From Candidatus Dormiibacterota bacterium (GTDB lineage Bacteria; Chloroflexota; Dormibacteria; Aeolococcales; Aeolococcaceae): 64,000 nt of DNA. Positions 19,167-28,356 of this stretch are shown piece after piece (positions within the stretch are counted from its first letter, which is position 1; every line of letters begins with the position of its first letter). Made by a program: the position numbers and the translations under genes. Location of the stretch: contig OY970355.1 in assembly GCA_963718525.1 (NCBI GenBank), forward strand, positions 1,152,001 through 1,216,000, given 5' to 3'. Under the pieces are notes generated by a model. The model did not search any database. It saw nothing but the letters and a program-made list of their open reading frames with translations, and was not told the DNA's origin.

Positions 19167-19903
19167 CCGCACACCCCGACGGCGCTGGAGCGCTCGGTGA
19201 CCTCACCTCCGAGCAGGTGGCGCGGCTCGACGCCGCCGCCCTCGAGTGTGGCGTGGCCACGACGCAGCTCATGGAGATCGCCGGATGGCAGGTGGCGCGG
19301 TGCGCCTGGCACCGGCTTGGCCGCCCGAGGGGCGTGCGCGTTGTCGCCGGATATGGCAACAACGGAGGCGACGGCCTGGTGGCGGCGCGACATCTGTCGA
19401 CCTGGGGATGTGCGGTACGGGTGCTCGTCCTTGGCGATGACGCGCGCGTCATCGGCGTGGTGCGCGACCATGTCACCTCGGCGCGAAGGTGCGGTGTCGA
19501 CGTCACCGTGGACAACGATCCCGAGGCCGTGCGCGAACTCGTCGACAGCGGGGCTGAACTGGTCGTGGACGCGATCCTCGGCACCGGATTGCGGAGCGCG
19601 CCTCGCGAGCCTCAGGCCGGCGCGATCCGCGCACTCAACGAGTCTCGTCTCCCAGTCCTTGCCGTCGACGTCCCGAGCGGCCTGGACGCCACGACCGGTG
19701 AGGCATTCGACCCCACCATCGTCGCAGCCTTGACGTGCACGCTGACCGCGATGAAGCGGGGTCTGCGACAGGGCGACGGTGCCCGGCACGCGGGCGAAGT
19801 CTGGGTTGCGGACATCGGCATGCCCACCGGTGCCTGGCTCCGAGCCGGGCTCGAGCGACCAGCGCGTGTCACCGGCGGTGAGTTGGTGCACACTTCGTCC
19901 TGA
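19163..19903 (+). CDS. nnrE: NAD(P)H-hydrate epimerase (stand-alone YjeF_N)
   Basis: QLMEIAG, GYGNNGGDGLVAARHL, VDAILGTG, AVDVPSGLD, KRGL, VADIG; GTGA overlap. Confidence 0.85.
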   Translation: MTAHPDGAGALGDLTSEQVARLDAAALECGVATTQLMEIAGWQVARCAWHRLGRPRGVRVVAGYGNNGGDGLVAARHLSTWGCAVRVLVLGDDARVIGVVRDHVTSARRCGVDVTVDNDPEAVRELVDSGAELVVDAILGTGLRSAPREPQAGAIRALNESRLPVLAVDVPSGLDATTGEAFDPTIVAALTCTLTAMKRGLRQGDGARHAGEVWVADIGMPTGAWLRAGLERPARVTGGELVHTSS

Positions 19904-19976
19904 TCTCCTAGTTGACCGCAGAGCGGACTCCCGGCTATTCTTCGACCGTACTCCGCGCCCCTCAAGCGCAAACGTC

Positions 19977-20498
19977 ATGATCAACGTCTCAGCACACATC
20001 GCTCCCGAGGCGCGCGAGCTTGCCGCAACCGCACGCGAGCAGCTCGACGATCTAGTCACGTATGCCACCCATCTGGTCAATCACCAGGCGGACGCCGTGG
20101 CATTCGTCGCCGGAGGCATCCACCACGCGAGCCGCTATCCGCCCGCGCGTCTGCGCGTCGACGGTCGGGCCGCGCTGTACCGGGCGGTCACCCGCGCGTG
20201 CAGGCACGGTCAGCGGTTCCCGCCACGGCCGCAGGGCTTCGGCAGGATGTTCCGCCGGGGCGCCGGATCGATTCGTGTGGAGGTCGATGACGTGAACGCC
20301 GGTCGCATCAATACCGTCAAGCGCGCCCTTGCGATGCTCGGGTTTGACCGGCGGGCAGCGCTCCTCCTTCGCGACCTGTGCGGTCTCGACTATCACGAGA
20401 TGTCTCGCGCCCTCGAGTGCTCGCCCGAGGCGGCGGCGCGGCTGGTCGCGGCGGCGCGCAGAGAGTTCGGCTCGATCTATCGAGAGATCGCGATATGA
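19977..20498 (+). CDS. Degenerate ECF-type sigma factor-like protein
   Basis: Region 4-like ALAML...RRAALLLRDLCGLDYHEMSRALECS; ECF-like length; followed by a zinc anti-sigma. Confidence 0.6.
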   Translation: MINVSAHIAPEARELAATAREQLDDLVTYATHLVNHQADAVAFVAGGIHHASRYPPARLRVDGRAALYRAVTRACRHGQRFPPRPQGFGRMFRRGAGSIRVEVDDVNAGRINTVKRALAMLGFDRRAALLLRDLCGLDYHEMSRALECSPEAAARLVAAARREFGSIYREIAI

Positions 20499-22525
20499 GG
20501 TGCAGCCTCCTCGCGCTCAGCAGTTACATCGACGCCGAGCTCGACGCGGAGCCGACCGGCGAGCTCGAGGCACACCTGGTCGCTTGCGATCGCTGCCGGA
20601 CGGCAGTCGGTCACCTCCAGGAGGAATCGGCACGCATTGAGGGGCTCGCCCGAGTCCACGTACCCGATGACGCCGTCCGCGAACTGTTCAGTCAGATCGG
20701 TTTGATTGCGGAGGAGGACGACTTGCCCGAAGGACCTGTGCGTCGCGACCGTCCGGAATCAGTCGAGGCCCCTCCCTGGTTCGGCGCCGAGCGTGGGGCG
20801 GCATTGCCGTGGGCACCACGTCCGACCGCGCACGATCGTTCGAATCCGCGCGAGCTGGTCGGCGAGCGCACCCCCACCATCGCGATCGCCGAGCCGCCCG
20901 AGCTGTTCCTGTGGGACGAGGGCATCGATCAGATCGCTACCGCCGTCCCCGAGCCGCCGGCGGTGCATGTGCTGGCTGCGGAGGCCGAAGCCGAGCAGGC
21001 GCCTGAGGACGAGCCCGAAGCGCAGCCGGTTGTCGATGTGCGCGACGAGCCCATGGCCGAGGCGCCGACGCCGCTGATCGACACGCGTGACGAACCGGTG
21101 GCCACCAGGCCGGAGCCGGCCCACCACGTGCAGGCTTGGCCCGTCGCGATGGACCAGCCACCTCCGACGACCACGCCCGCACCCCAGCCGCCGGACCTGT
21201 CGACGTCGGCGCCGATGGTGGCGCCGCCACGGCTGGCAGCCGGATCAAATGCGCTCCAGCGGCTTCGCGACGCGGTTGCGGTGCGCTTCGCGCTGCGCCG
21301 GGGCGCGGGCTCACAACTCGATCCGGACGTCGAGATCGTGAGCGGCGTCGGCGCTCCCAGGTGGAACGAGCGCGCACATCGATCCCATTGGTCCGACAGC
21401 CCGCCGATTGTGGCTGCCGCAGCGCCTGCACTCGCTGAACCGTCGCCACCACCCGTGGTCAAACCGAGGCGTGCCAGCCGTTTCCTCGCTCGGCTCACCG
21501 CCGAGCCGGCGGTCGAGGCCCCTGCCACCGCCGTCGAGTCCGTCGAGCCTGATCTCCCAGCGAGCGACCCCCTACCCGAGACTGTCGCAGCCACGGCCGC
21601 GCCTGCGCTCGCAGACGTGCTCAGCGAGGTGGCGAGCCTCGCGGCGCCACTCGAGCGCATTCACACACCGGCACCGGCGGACACCCCGCCGGCGCACGTC
21701 GAGCGCGAACGCAGTCTCGACCGTTGGGCACCTGCACCCGACAGCGACCCGGCTGACTCGCCGGACGATGACCTGCAATTCGGCGTGCAAGCCGAACCCG
21801 CGTCCTCACCCGTCCCGGGACGGCATATGCGGCGTCTGCATTCGCAGAAATCGGACCGCCGGCAGTGGGCTCCGACCCAACCGGTGACCGGGCGTCATGT
21901 TCTGCCGCTTGGTGGACCCGCCGTGGGTGCCGCAGATCGTGACCGGCGCCTCTGGCTGTTCGGTGCGATCACCGTGGTGCTGATGCTTCTGGGTCTGCTC
22001 GTCGGCAGGCAGGTCACCCAGACGGGGCCGCTTGTCGCGTCCACCCTCCCGCGCTCCACCCCCGCGGTTCATGCCACGACGCCGACCGCCGCGCCGCTGC
22101 CCATTGCGACAGCAGCCCCGGCTCCGACCGCGGTGGTCCCGTCGGCGCCAACGCCCCAGCAGCTCACCGGAGCCAAGACGATCGGTTCAGGGAGCAGCGG
22201 GTTCTCAGTCGCCGACGTCCGATACGGCGAGCATCCCAATGACTTCCGGCTGGTCTTCGATATGGCGTTCCCCAGCACCGTCACCGGCAGCCCATCGACG
22301 GTGATCGGTTACGACGGACCCACCACCCTCTACGTCGAGTTCACCGGCGTGGCTGGAGCGACGAACATCGCGACAATGCCGCACGGTCAGGTGGTGACGT
22401 CGGTCGTGGCGCTGCTGATGGCCCGCAACACCAATCGTCTGATCTTCAAGATCACGCTGAGCAAGAACGCACCCTTCGACGCCTACTACCTCTCGGGCTC
22501 TCGGCTCGTCATCGACATCACCTAG
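20495..22525 (+). CDS. Zinc anti-sigma (zf-HC2) membrane protein with long Pro/Ala-rich linker and AMIN-like C-terminal domain
   Basis: LSSYIDAEL...HLVACDRC (HxxxCxxC), TM LWLFGAITVVLMLLGLLVG, C-terminal DVRYGEHPNDFRLVFD...RLVIDI. Confidence 0.7.
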   Translation: MRCSLLALSSYIDAELDAEPTGELEAHLVACDRCRTAVGHLQEESARIEGLARVHVPDDAVRELFSQIGLIAEEDDLPEGPVRRDRPESVEAPPWFGAERGAALPWAPRPTAHDRSNPRELVGERTPTIAIAEPPELFLWDEGIDQIATAVPEPPAVHVLAAEAEAEQAPEDEPEAQPVVDVRDEPMAEAPTPLIDTRDEPVATRPEPAHHVQAWPVAMDQPPPTTTPAPQPPDLSTSAPMVAPPRLAAGSNALQRLRDAVAVRFALRRGAGSQLDPDVEIVSGVGAPRWNERAHRSHWSDSPPIVAAAAPALAEPSPPPVVKPRRASRFLARLTAEPAVEAPATAVESVEPDLPASDPLPETVAATAAPALADVLSEVASLAAPLERIHTPAPADTPPAHVERERSLDRWAPAPDSDPADSPDDDLQFGVQAEPASSPVPGRHMRRLHSQKSDRRQWAPTQPVTGRHVLPLGGPAVGAADRDRRLWLFGAITVVLMLLGLLVGRQVTQTGPLVASTLPRSTPAVHATTPTAAPLPIATAAPAPTAVVPSAPTPQQLTGAKTIGSGSSGFSVADVRYGEHPNDFRLVFDMAFPSTVTGSPSTVIGYDGPTTLYVEFTGVAGATNIATMPHGQVVTSVVALLMARNTNRLIFKITLSKNAPFDAYYLSGSRLVIDIT

Positions 22526-22534
22526 CCCGCGCGG

Positions 22535-24109
22535 TCACCCCGCGGAGGTCGCGGCCCCCTCGGGCTGAGTGGATGACTTCGTCTCGACGACCGGCTGCCC
22601 GTGCGTCTCGCGAAGATCGAACTTGAGCACCTTGCCGGCGGGATTGCGGGGCAGCGCATCGATGAACACCACGGATTTGGGTTGCTTGTATCGGGCCAGC
22701 TTGTCGTACGTGAAGTCGATGACATCCTGCTCGGTGAGTGACACCCCGTCCTTCGGTACAACGATCGCGCGCACCGTCTCGCCCCAGCGCGGATGCTGCA
22801 CACCGATGACGGCGACCTCCTTGACGCCGGGGTGCTGATAGAGGGTGTCCTCGACCTCAGCCGGGTACACGTTCTCGCCGCCGGTGATGATCAGGTCCTT
22901 CTTGCGGTCGACGATGTAGAAGTAGCCGTCGGCATCACGTACACCGACGTCCCCGGTGTGGAACCAGCCGTCGACGAGCACCTCGGCAGTGGCGTCTGGA
23001 CGGTTCCAGTAGCCCTTCATCACGTTGGGACCACGGACGACGATCTCGCCGCGCTCGCCGTCGGGGACATCATGACCGTTGTCATCGACGATCTTGACGT
23101 CCGTGAAGAATGGTGCGATGCCTGCGGACCCGAGCTTTTCGGTTGCCATCGACGAGGGCAGGAACGACGCGAACGGCGATGTCTCCGTGAGCCCGTACCC
23201 CTGGTTGAAGGGGAGTCCGCGTGCCCCGTAAATCTTGATCAGCGCCTCGGGAACGGGCGCGCCTCCGCACGACAGCACACGGATGCTGGTCAGATCGCGC
23301 GTCGCGAAATCCGGATGCTGTGCCATGAAGAGATACATGGCCGGCACCCCGAACATCGACGTGATATGGAACTTCTCGATGTTCTCGAGCACCATACCGG
23401 GCTCAAACATCTGCTCCATCACGACCGTCGCCCCTTTGATCAGGGAGAGCAGTGGTGTGACGTTCAATCCGCCGATGTGAAACAGGGGCGCGACCACAAG
23501 TGAGATCTCCTGGGACGTCGCGTCGTCGGCGAGCATCGCGTTGATGTTGTTCCAGATGATGTTGCCGTGGGTGAGCATCGCGCCCTTCGGCCGGCCGGTG
23601 GTTCCCGATGTATACATGATCAGCGCGACATCGCTCATCGCCACCGGGTAGTCGAGATCGCCGTCGCGCTGATCGTGGACGAGCGAGTCGAAGCCGCGCG
23701 CACCGCTCTGGTCGACCGCGCAGACGTATTCACTCACGCCCAACTCCCCGCGGATCGAATCGACGATTGCGGTGAACGCCTCCTCATACACCAGGGTGTG
23801 CAGCCCCGCATCACGAATGATGAAGCTGAGCTCGGGACCCGTGAGCCGGAAGTTGAGCGGTACGAAGATGGCGTCGAGCTTCGCGGCGGCGAACAGCGTG
23901 AAGAAGAATCGAGGATGGTTGAGGCCGAGGAATCCGACACGATCGCCAGGGTTGACGCCGAGTTCGTGGAGACCGTGCGCCACCCTGTTGGTGAGCCGGT
24001 TGAGCTCGGCGTATGTCCACCGATCGTCTCGGAAGATGAGCGCGGTGCTGTCCGGGTTGAGCTGGGCCCGCCGGCTCAGCGTGAAGCCGAGACCCTGGTC
24101 ATTCGCCAT
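22535..24109 (-). CDS. Long-chain acyl-CoA synthetase (AMP-binding)
   Basis: YTSGTTGRPKG, QGYGLTET, HTGD, DRKKD, ENVYPAEVE, PRNPAGK. Confidence 0.93.
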   Translation of the reverse strand: MANDQGLGFTLSRRAQLNPDSTALIFRDDRWTYAELNRLTNRVAHGLHELGVNPGDRVGFLGLNHPRFFFTLFAAAKLDAIFVPLNFRLTGPELSFIIRDAGLHTLVYEEAFTAIVDSIRGELGVSEYVCAVDQSGARGFDSLVHDQRDGDLDYPVAMSDVALIMYTSGTTGRPKGAMLTHGNIIWNNINAMLADDATSQEISLVVAPLFHIGGLNVTPLLSLIKGATVVMEQMFEPGMVLENIEKFHITSMFGVPAMYLFMAQHPDFATRDLTSIRVLSCGGAPVPEALIKIYGARGLPFNQGYGLTETSPFASFLPSSMATEKLGSAGIAPFFTDVKIVDDNGHDVPDGERGEIVVRGPNVMKGYWNRPDATAEVLVDGWFHTGDVGVRDADGYFYIVDRKKDLIITGGENVYPAEVEDTLYQHPGVKEVAVIGVQHPRWGETVRAIVVPKDGVSLTEQDVIDFTYDKLARYKQPKSVVFIDALPRNPAGKVLKFDLRETHGQPVVETKSSTQPEGAATSAG

Positions 24110-24178
24110 CGCCGGGACCCTCCAAGTACCCACTTCGCCTCATCGCGATTCTGCCATTCGCAGCAGCGACGCGTTTCG

Positions 24179-24946
24179 CTAGACGGTCCAGCCACCGTCG
24201 ACGACGAGGACCGACCCCGTGACGAACGACGCCGCGTCGGACGCGAGGAACAGGGCTGCTCCCGCGATCTCATCGGGAACGGCGTGGCGGCCGAGTGCGG
24301 TCTGGGCGAGGATGTGATCATGGATCTCGGGGGTTTCCACGAGGTAGCGCGCGAGCTTTGTCTCGACAAGGCCCGGGGCAATTGCGTTGACCCGGACCGC
24401 GAGTGGCCCGAGCTCGCGTGACAGCGTCCGCGTCAGCGTGATGAGCGCTGCCTTGCTCATGTTGTACGCGCCCGTGAGCGCCTCGGGCCGTATCCCGGCA
24501 ACCGACGCCATGTTGATGACGCTGCCACCGTGATCGCGCATCCACGCGTGGACCGCGTGGCGGGTGAGCCGGATCGGACCCATGACGTTGACTTCCCAGA
24601 TCTTGTTGATCGCTCCCTCGTCCGCGTCGAGGATTGGTCCGTACTGCGGGTTGGTTGCCGCGTTGTTGACCAGGACGTCGACCCGCCCGGCCTGTCGCAT
24701 CACCTCAGCGACCACCGCCTCGCAGGTTGCGGCGTCGCCGACGTGCCCAGGCACGGCCAGTGCTCGACCGCCGGCGGCGACGAGCTGCGCAGCGGCGGCC
24801 TCGCAAGCCTCGGCGTGACGTGCGTTGACCGCCACCGTTGCCCCAGCCTCGGCAAGTGCCGTGGCTATGGCCAGGCCGATCCCACGGCTACCACCGGTCA
24901 CCAGTGCCACCCGGCCGTCGAGCGAGAACCGCTCCGCGACGCTCAC
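24179..24946 (-). CDS. SDR oxidoreductase
   Basis: TGGSRGIG, NNAATNP, YNMSK, NAIAPG, VDGG. Confidence 0.9.
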   Translation of the reverse strand: MSVAERFSLDGRVALVTGGSRGIGLAIATALAEAGATVAVNARHAEACEAAAAQLVAAGGRALAVPGHVGDAATCEAVVAEVMRQAGRVDVLVNNAATNPQYGPILDADEGAINKIWEVNVMGPIRLTRHAVHAWMRDHGGSVINMASVAGIRPEALTGAYNMSKAALITLTRTLSRELGPLAVRVNAIAPGLVETKLARYLVETPEIHDHILAQTALGRHAVPDEIAGAALFLASDAASFVTGSVLVVDGGWTV

Positions 24947-24964
24947 GTCAGTCCAGGCTGCAAG

Positions 24965-25618
24965 TCAGTTCAGGCTGGACGTGGCGGCGTGGTCCTTCGA
25001 GCGAACCAGCATGCGGTCGAGCAGGGCCGCCTCGCGCCGCAGCAGTCGCAGGCAGGCGGCGAGCCGTTCCGCCGTGCCGTCGATCTCGAGCAGGCGCTGG
25101 CGCTGAGCGGTCTCGACCTGCATCGCCGCGGCCACGAGATAGGAGAGCAGCTCCGGATCGGCAGGGAAGCCGAATTCGAACGCGTCCTCCTGCCCAATTC
25201 CGCGCAGCTGCCCGGCGTACCCGCGAAACGCTGCGGTCACCGCGGCCGCGAGGCGCTCGGTGTCATCGGCCGGAGCCGGGATGTCCTGGAGGTAGCGCAC
25301 CGACCCGACGAGGTACGGCCGTCGATGCGAGAAGGCGTCGATGTGGAAGCGAGACGCTCCGGTGACCACAAGGTTGTATCCGCCATCGTCGAGCTCTTCG
25401 ACCTCATCGAGCTGTGCCAGGGTGCCCACGTCGTAGGGGATGGCGCCGCCACCGGTCTCCTGGCCCGAGCGGATCGCGACGATGCCGAACGTCGTCGAGC
25501 CCCTTCGGCAGTCGCGCATCATCGTCTTGTAGCGGTCCTCGAAGATGTGCAGCGACATCGGCATGTGCGGGAAGAGCACCGTCCCGAGTGGAAACAGCGG
25601 GACTTCCACGGCCATCAC
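24965..25618 (-). CDS. Stand-alone Lon peptidase substrate-binding (LON_N) domain protein
   Basis: PLFPLGTVLFP...LHIFEDRY, VGTLA, QRLLE...ERL. Confidence 0.85.
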   Translation of the reverse strand: MMAVEVPLFPLGTVLFPHMPMSLHIFEDRYKTMMRDCRRGSTTFGIVAIRSGQETGGGAIPYDVGTLAQLDEVEELDDGGYNLVVTGASRFHIDAFSHRRPYLVGSVRYLQDIPAPADDTERLAAAVTAAFRGYAGQLRGIGQEDAFEFGFPADPELLSYLVAAAMQVETAQRQRLLEIDGTAERLAACLRLLRREAALLDRMLVRSKDHAATSSLN

Positions 25619-25648
25619 GAGCTGATCCGCGCTCGCATCAGCGCCGCA

Positions 25649-25846
25649 CTACGCGGCTTTGCAGTTCTTGGTGTGCTTGATGATCCGCTCGCGGCGTGGC
25701 TCTCCTGGACGGCGGCTGTGCCGGAAAGCGATCTCCACCCCGATCTCGTTCTGACGCATGAGGTTGTTGCAGATCGGGCAGCGGACGTGCGTGAGGATGT
25801 CGCGCTGAGACGCGACACCCTTGGATTCCTTGATCGTGTTTGCCAT
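25649..25846 (-). CDS. Small basic putative zinc-binding protein (65 aa)
   Basis: CPIC...HTKNC, AAGGAG RBS, upstream TACAAT, G/C-ending codons. Confidence 0.65.
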   Translation of the reverse strand: MANTIKESKGVASQRDILTHVRCPICNNLMRQNEIGVEIAFRHSRRPGEPRRERIIKHTKNCKAA

Positions 25847-25943
25847 GGCTACTGGGGCTCCTTGAGATATGGGCTACATTCGATTGTACGCGGCGTCGGG
25901 GTACGATTTGCCGCCGATGGCCCAGTATCTCGATAACCTCCGC

Positions 25944-26447
25944 ATGCGTCTCGCCGGCGCCATCGCCGTCGTGACGGCGCTGGTTGCGCTCAGCGGCTGC
26001 GGCACTCTGGTGACCGTCAGCAGTCAGATCACCCCGCCCCCGCCGACGTGCTCCACGCCACGGCCGGTCTCGGCCTCGGACTCCTTCGCCATCCAGGTGC
26101 CGCTCACGGCAGGCGCCTCAGGACTGCAGTACGCCGATCTCAGCCGTGGCTGCGGGGCGCTCGCCACGCCCACGTCGAACGTCAACGTCCAGTTCACGGT
26201 CTGGCTTTCCACTGGAAAGCTGGTCATCACCACGCGAGGCGCAAACCAGCCGACCAATGCGCTCCAGCTGGCCAGTGCGACCACGCTCCAGTTCTGGAGG
26301 GTGGGGGTCCCCGGGATGCGGGTCGGAGGGACGCGCCGGCTCGTCGTTCCGCCCGCGCTGGGGTTTGGAGCGAGCGGAAACTCGTCGGCGAACGTGCCCG
26401 CCAACGCCACCCTCGTGATCGACGTCGAGCTTGTGTCTCTGGCCTGA
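25944..26447 (+). CDS. FKBP-type peptidyl-prolyl isomerase lipoprotein
   Basis: Lipobox LSGC; GMRVGGTRRLVVPPALGFG and VPANATLVIDVEL. Confidence 0.85.
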   Translation: MRLAGAIAVVTALVALSGCGTLVTVSSQITPPPPTCSTPRPVSASDSFAIQVPLTAGASGLQYADLSRGCGALATPTSNVNVQFTVWLSTGKLVITTRGANQPTNALQLASATTLQFWRVGVPGMRVGGTRRLVVPPALGFGASGNSSANVPANATLVIDVELVSLA

Positions 26448-26454
26448 AATCTCG

Positions 26455-26574
26455 CTAGGAGCGGGCGCGAGTCCAGAGGATGAACAGGCCCAGACACGCT
26501 CCAGCGGAGAGCAGCACGAACGCGACCGGGAGGCCGATCACCACCGAGAGGCCGGGAGCCGTCGTTGCGAACAT
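26455..26574 (-). CDS. Putative 39-aa single-pass membrane microprotein
   Basis: My translation: MFATTAPGLSVVIGLPVAFVLLSAGACLGLFILWTRARS. TATGCT lies 8 nt before the ATG and the ORF fills the gap between neighbouring genes. Confidence 0.5.
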   Translation of the reverse strand: MFATTAPGLSVVIGLPVAFVLLSAGACLGLFILWTRARS

Positions 26575-26625
26575 GCGGCGTAAGCATACCGCCACGACGA
26601 TCCATGCCCCTGACGCCGGGTCAGC

Positions 26626-27348
26626 TCAGGAAGCGACTTCCATGCGCGCGCCGAGCAACCCCAACTCGATGTCGTGCATCACGGTGATGCGGAAAGCCTG
26701 ACGTGCGGCCGCGTCGAGCTCCGGCGCGATCGTCTCGTTGCGGGGGCGGCCGATCCACGGGGGTTGATGGCGGCCCATGGGCTCGCCCGCGACCCGGACC
26801 ACCACCGCGCGGTCATCCTCCTCATCGACCTCGATGGACACGTGCTGGAGGACGCCCGTGCTGTCGACCAGGGTCCACGACCGAAGCCAGACGGGCATCG
26901 TGCTTCCCGGCACCCGCACCGGGCGCACCGCGCCACTGACAACGTACGCGTCCTTGTGGGGAGCATCAGCGGTCAGCGCAATCCTGACGGCGGTGTCAAG
27001 CTCCCCGCCCACCCAGGTGGCGAGCGAAGGTGCGCGGTTCTCGACGTCCGGAAGCATGTGGGTGAAGAAGCCGTTCGAAAGCGAGGGCGCCACCGTCGCA
27101 TGGCGGCGGCAGTAGGGGAGCCCCAGGACGATGCGGCTGTGTTCGTCACACCAGGTCGTGCCGCACTTCACCTGACGGCGATCGACGTACGTGCAGCGGC
27201 AGGTGGCAGGCTTCGAGCATTCCCCGTCCAGACACTTGCCCAGCGCGTGGCTCTCGCTGTCAGCCGACCCGGCGTCGCCCGACTGCCTCCTGGAGAGCCG
27301 CTGCCACGGCTTCAGCTTGTCCACTGTCGATAACTCCTCGGCACCCAC
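26626..27348 (-). CDS. Hypothetical protein with N-terminal Cys/His-rich (B-box-like) zinc finger
   Basis: C-x4-C-x5-CxC-x9-C-x4-CxxH-x9-CxxH followed by an unknown alpha/beta domain. Confidence 0.65.
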   Translation of the reverse strand: MGAEELSTVDKLKPWQRLSRRQSGDAGSADSESHALGKCLDGECSKPATCRCTYVDRRQVKCGTTWCDEHSRIVLGLPYCRRHATVAPSLSNGFFTHMLPDVENRAPSLATWVGGELDTAVRIALTADAPHKDAYVVSGAVRPVRVPGSTMPVWLRSWTLVDSTGVLQHVSIEVDEEDDRAVVVRVAGEPMGRHQPPWIGRPRNETIAPELDAAARQAFRITVMHDIELGLLGARMEVAS

Positions 27349-27567
27349 AACCGGCGCCAGGACCCCAGCCTAGCCGCCTTTCCGCCTCGATCACGATGGG
27401 TGCATCATCTTGTTACGTCTCGGATGCGTGCCGTGACCCGAGCCGCCGTCCCCGGCAATGGTGGGATCATCGCCGCGACGCCCGAGCTTACGACATGCAC
27501 TGCGGTCGATCGATGCAGCGTGCGCGCGAACTCGGGACGGGGCCTGCGCTGTGCGAGGAGGTATCAC

Positions 27568-28356
27568 GTGGCCGACGGCCGGATGGTCGATCTCAACGCC
27601 GATCTGGGTGAAAGCTTCGGCGCCTACACCCTCGGCGCCGACGCTCAGGTGATGCAGCTCATCACGTCGGCGAATGTGGCCTGCGCCATGCACGCCGGCG
27701 ACCCTCGAATCATGGACGACACCGTGCAGCTGAGTCGAGACGCCGCTATTTCGATCGGCGCCCACCCTGGCTTCCCGGACCTGGTGGGATTCGGGAGGCG
27801 AGTTCTCGACGCGACTCCACGCGACGTTGAAACCGACGTTGTGTTCCAGATCGGTGCGCTGAGCGGCTTCTGCCGCCGCCACAACGTCGCGCTCGAGCAC
27901 GTCAAAGCCCACGGGGCGCTGTACAACGTTGCCGTTGGGGATCCGTCGATTGCGAAGGCGATCGCAGCAGCCGTGGCCAGCTTTGACACCAACCTCATCT
28001 TTGTCGCCCCGTTCGGTTCCAGCCTGGCGCAGGCCGGGCGCGACGCCGGCCTTCAGGTGGCTCTCGAAGGGTTCGCCGACAGGGCATACACGGCTGACGG
28101 AAGGCTCGCATCCCGAAGGCTGCCGGGTTCGGTGATTCACGATCCGGCTCTCGCCGCCGAGCGTGCGGTGCAGATGATCGACGACGGGACGGTCGAAACC
28201 ATCGACGGCGCGACGCTGCCGATTCAGGTCCACACCATCTGCGTCCATGGAGATAATCCGAACGCGGTGGAGATCCTGAAGGAGGTGCGCTCCGCGCTCG
28301 CCGGTCGCGGCATCCGGTTGGGCAGCATGCGCGCGGTGCTCAACGCGGCTTCGTGA
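27568..28356 (+). CDS. pxpA: 5-oxoprolinase subunit A (LamB/YcsF)
   Basis: DLNADLGESFG, SANVACAMHAGDP, GAHPGFPD, HVKAHGALYN, FADRAY, TICVHGD; GAGGAGG RBS. Confidence 0.92.
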   Translation: MADGRMVDLNADLGESFGAYTLGADAQVMQLITSANVACAMHAGDPRIMDDTVQLSRDAAISIGAHPGFPDLVGFGRRVLDATPRDVETDVVFQIGALSGFCRRHNVALEHVKAHGALYNVAVGDPSIAKAIAAAVASFDTNLIFVAPFGSSLAQAGRDAGLQVALEGFADRAYTADGRLASRRLPGSVIHDPALAAERAVQMIDDGTVETIDGATLPIQVHTICVHGDNPNAVEILKEVRSALAGRGIRLGSMRAVLNAAS

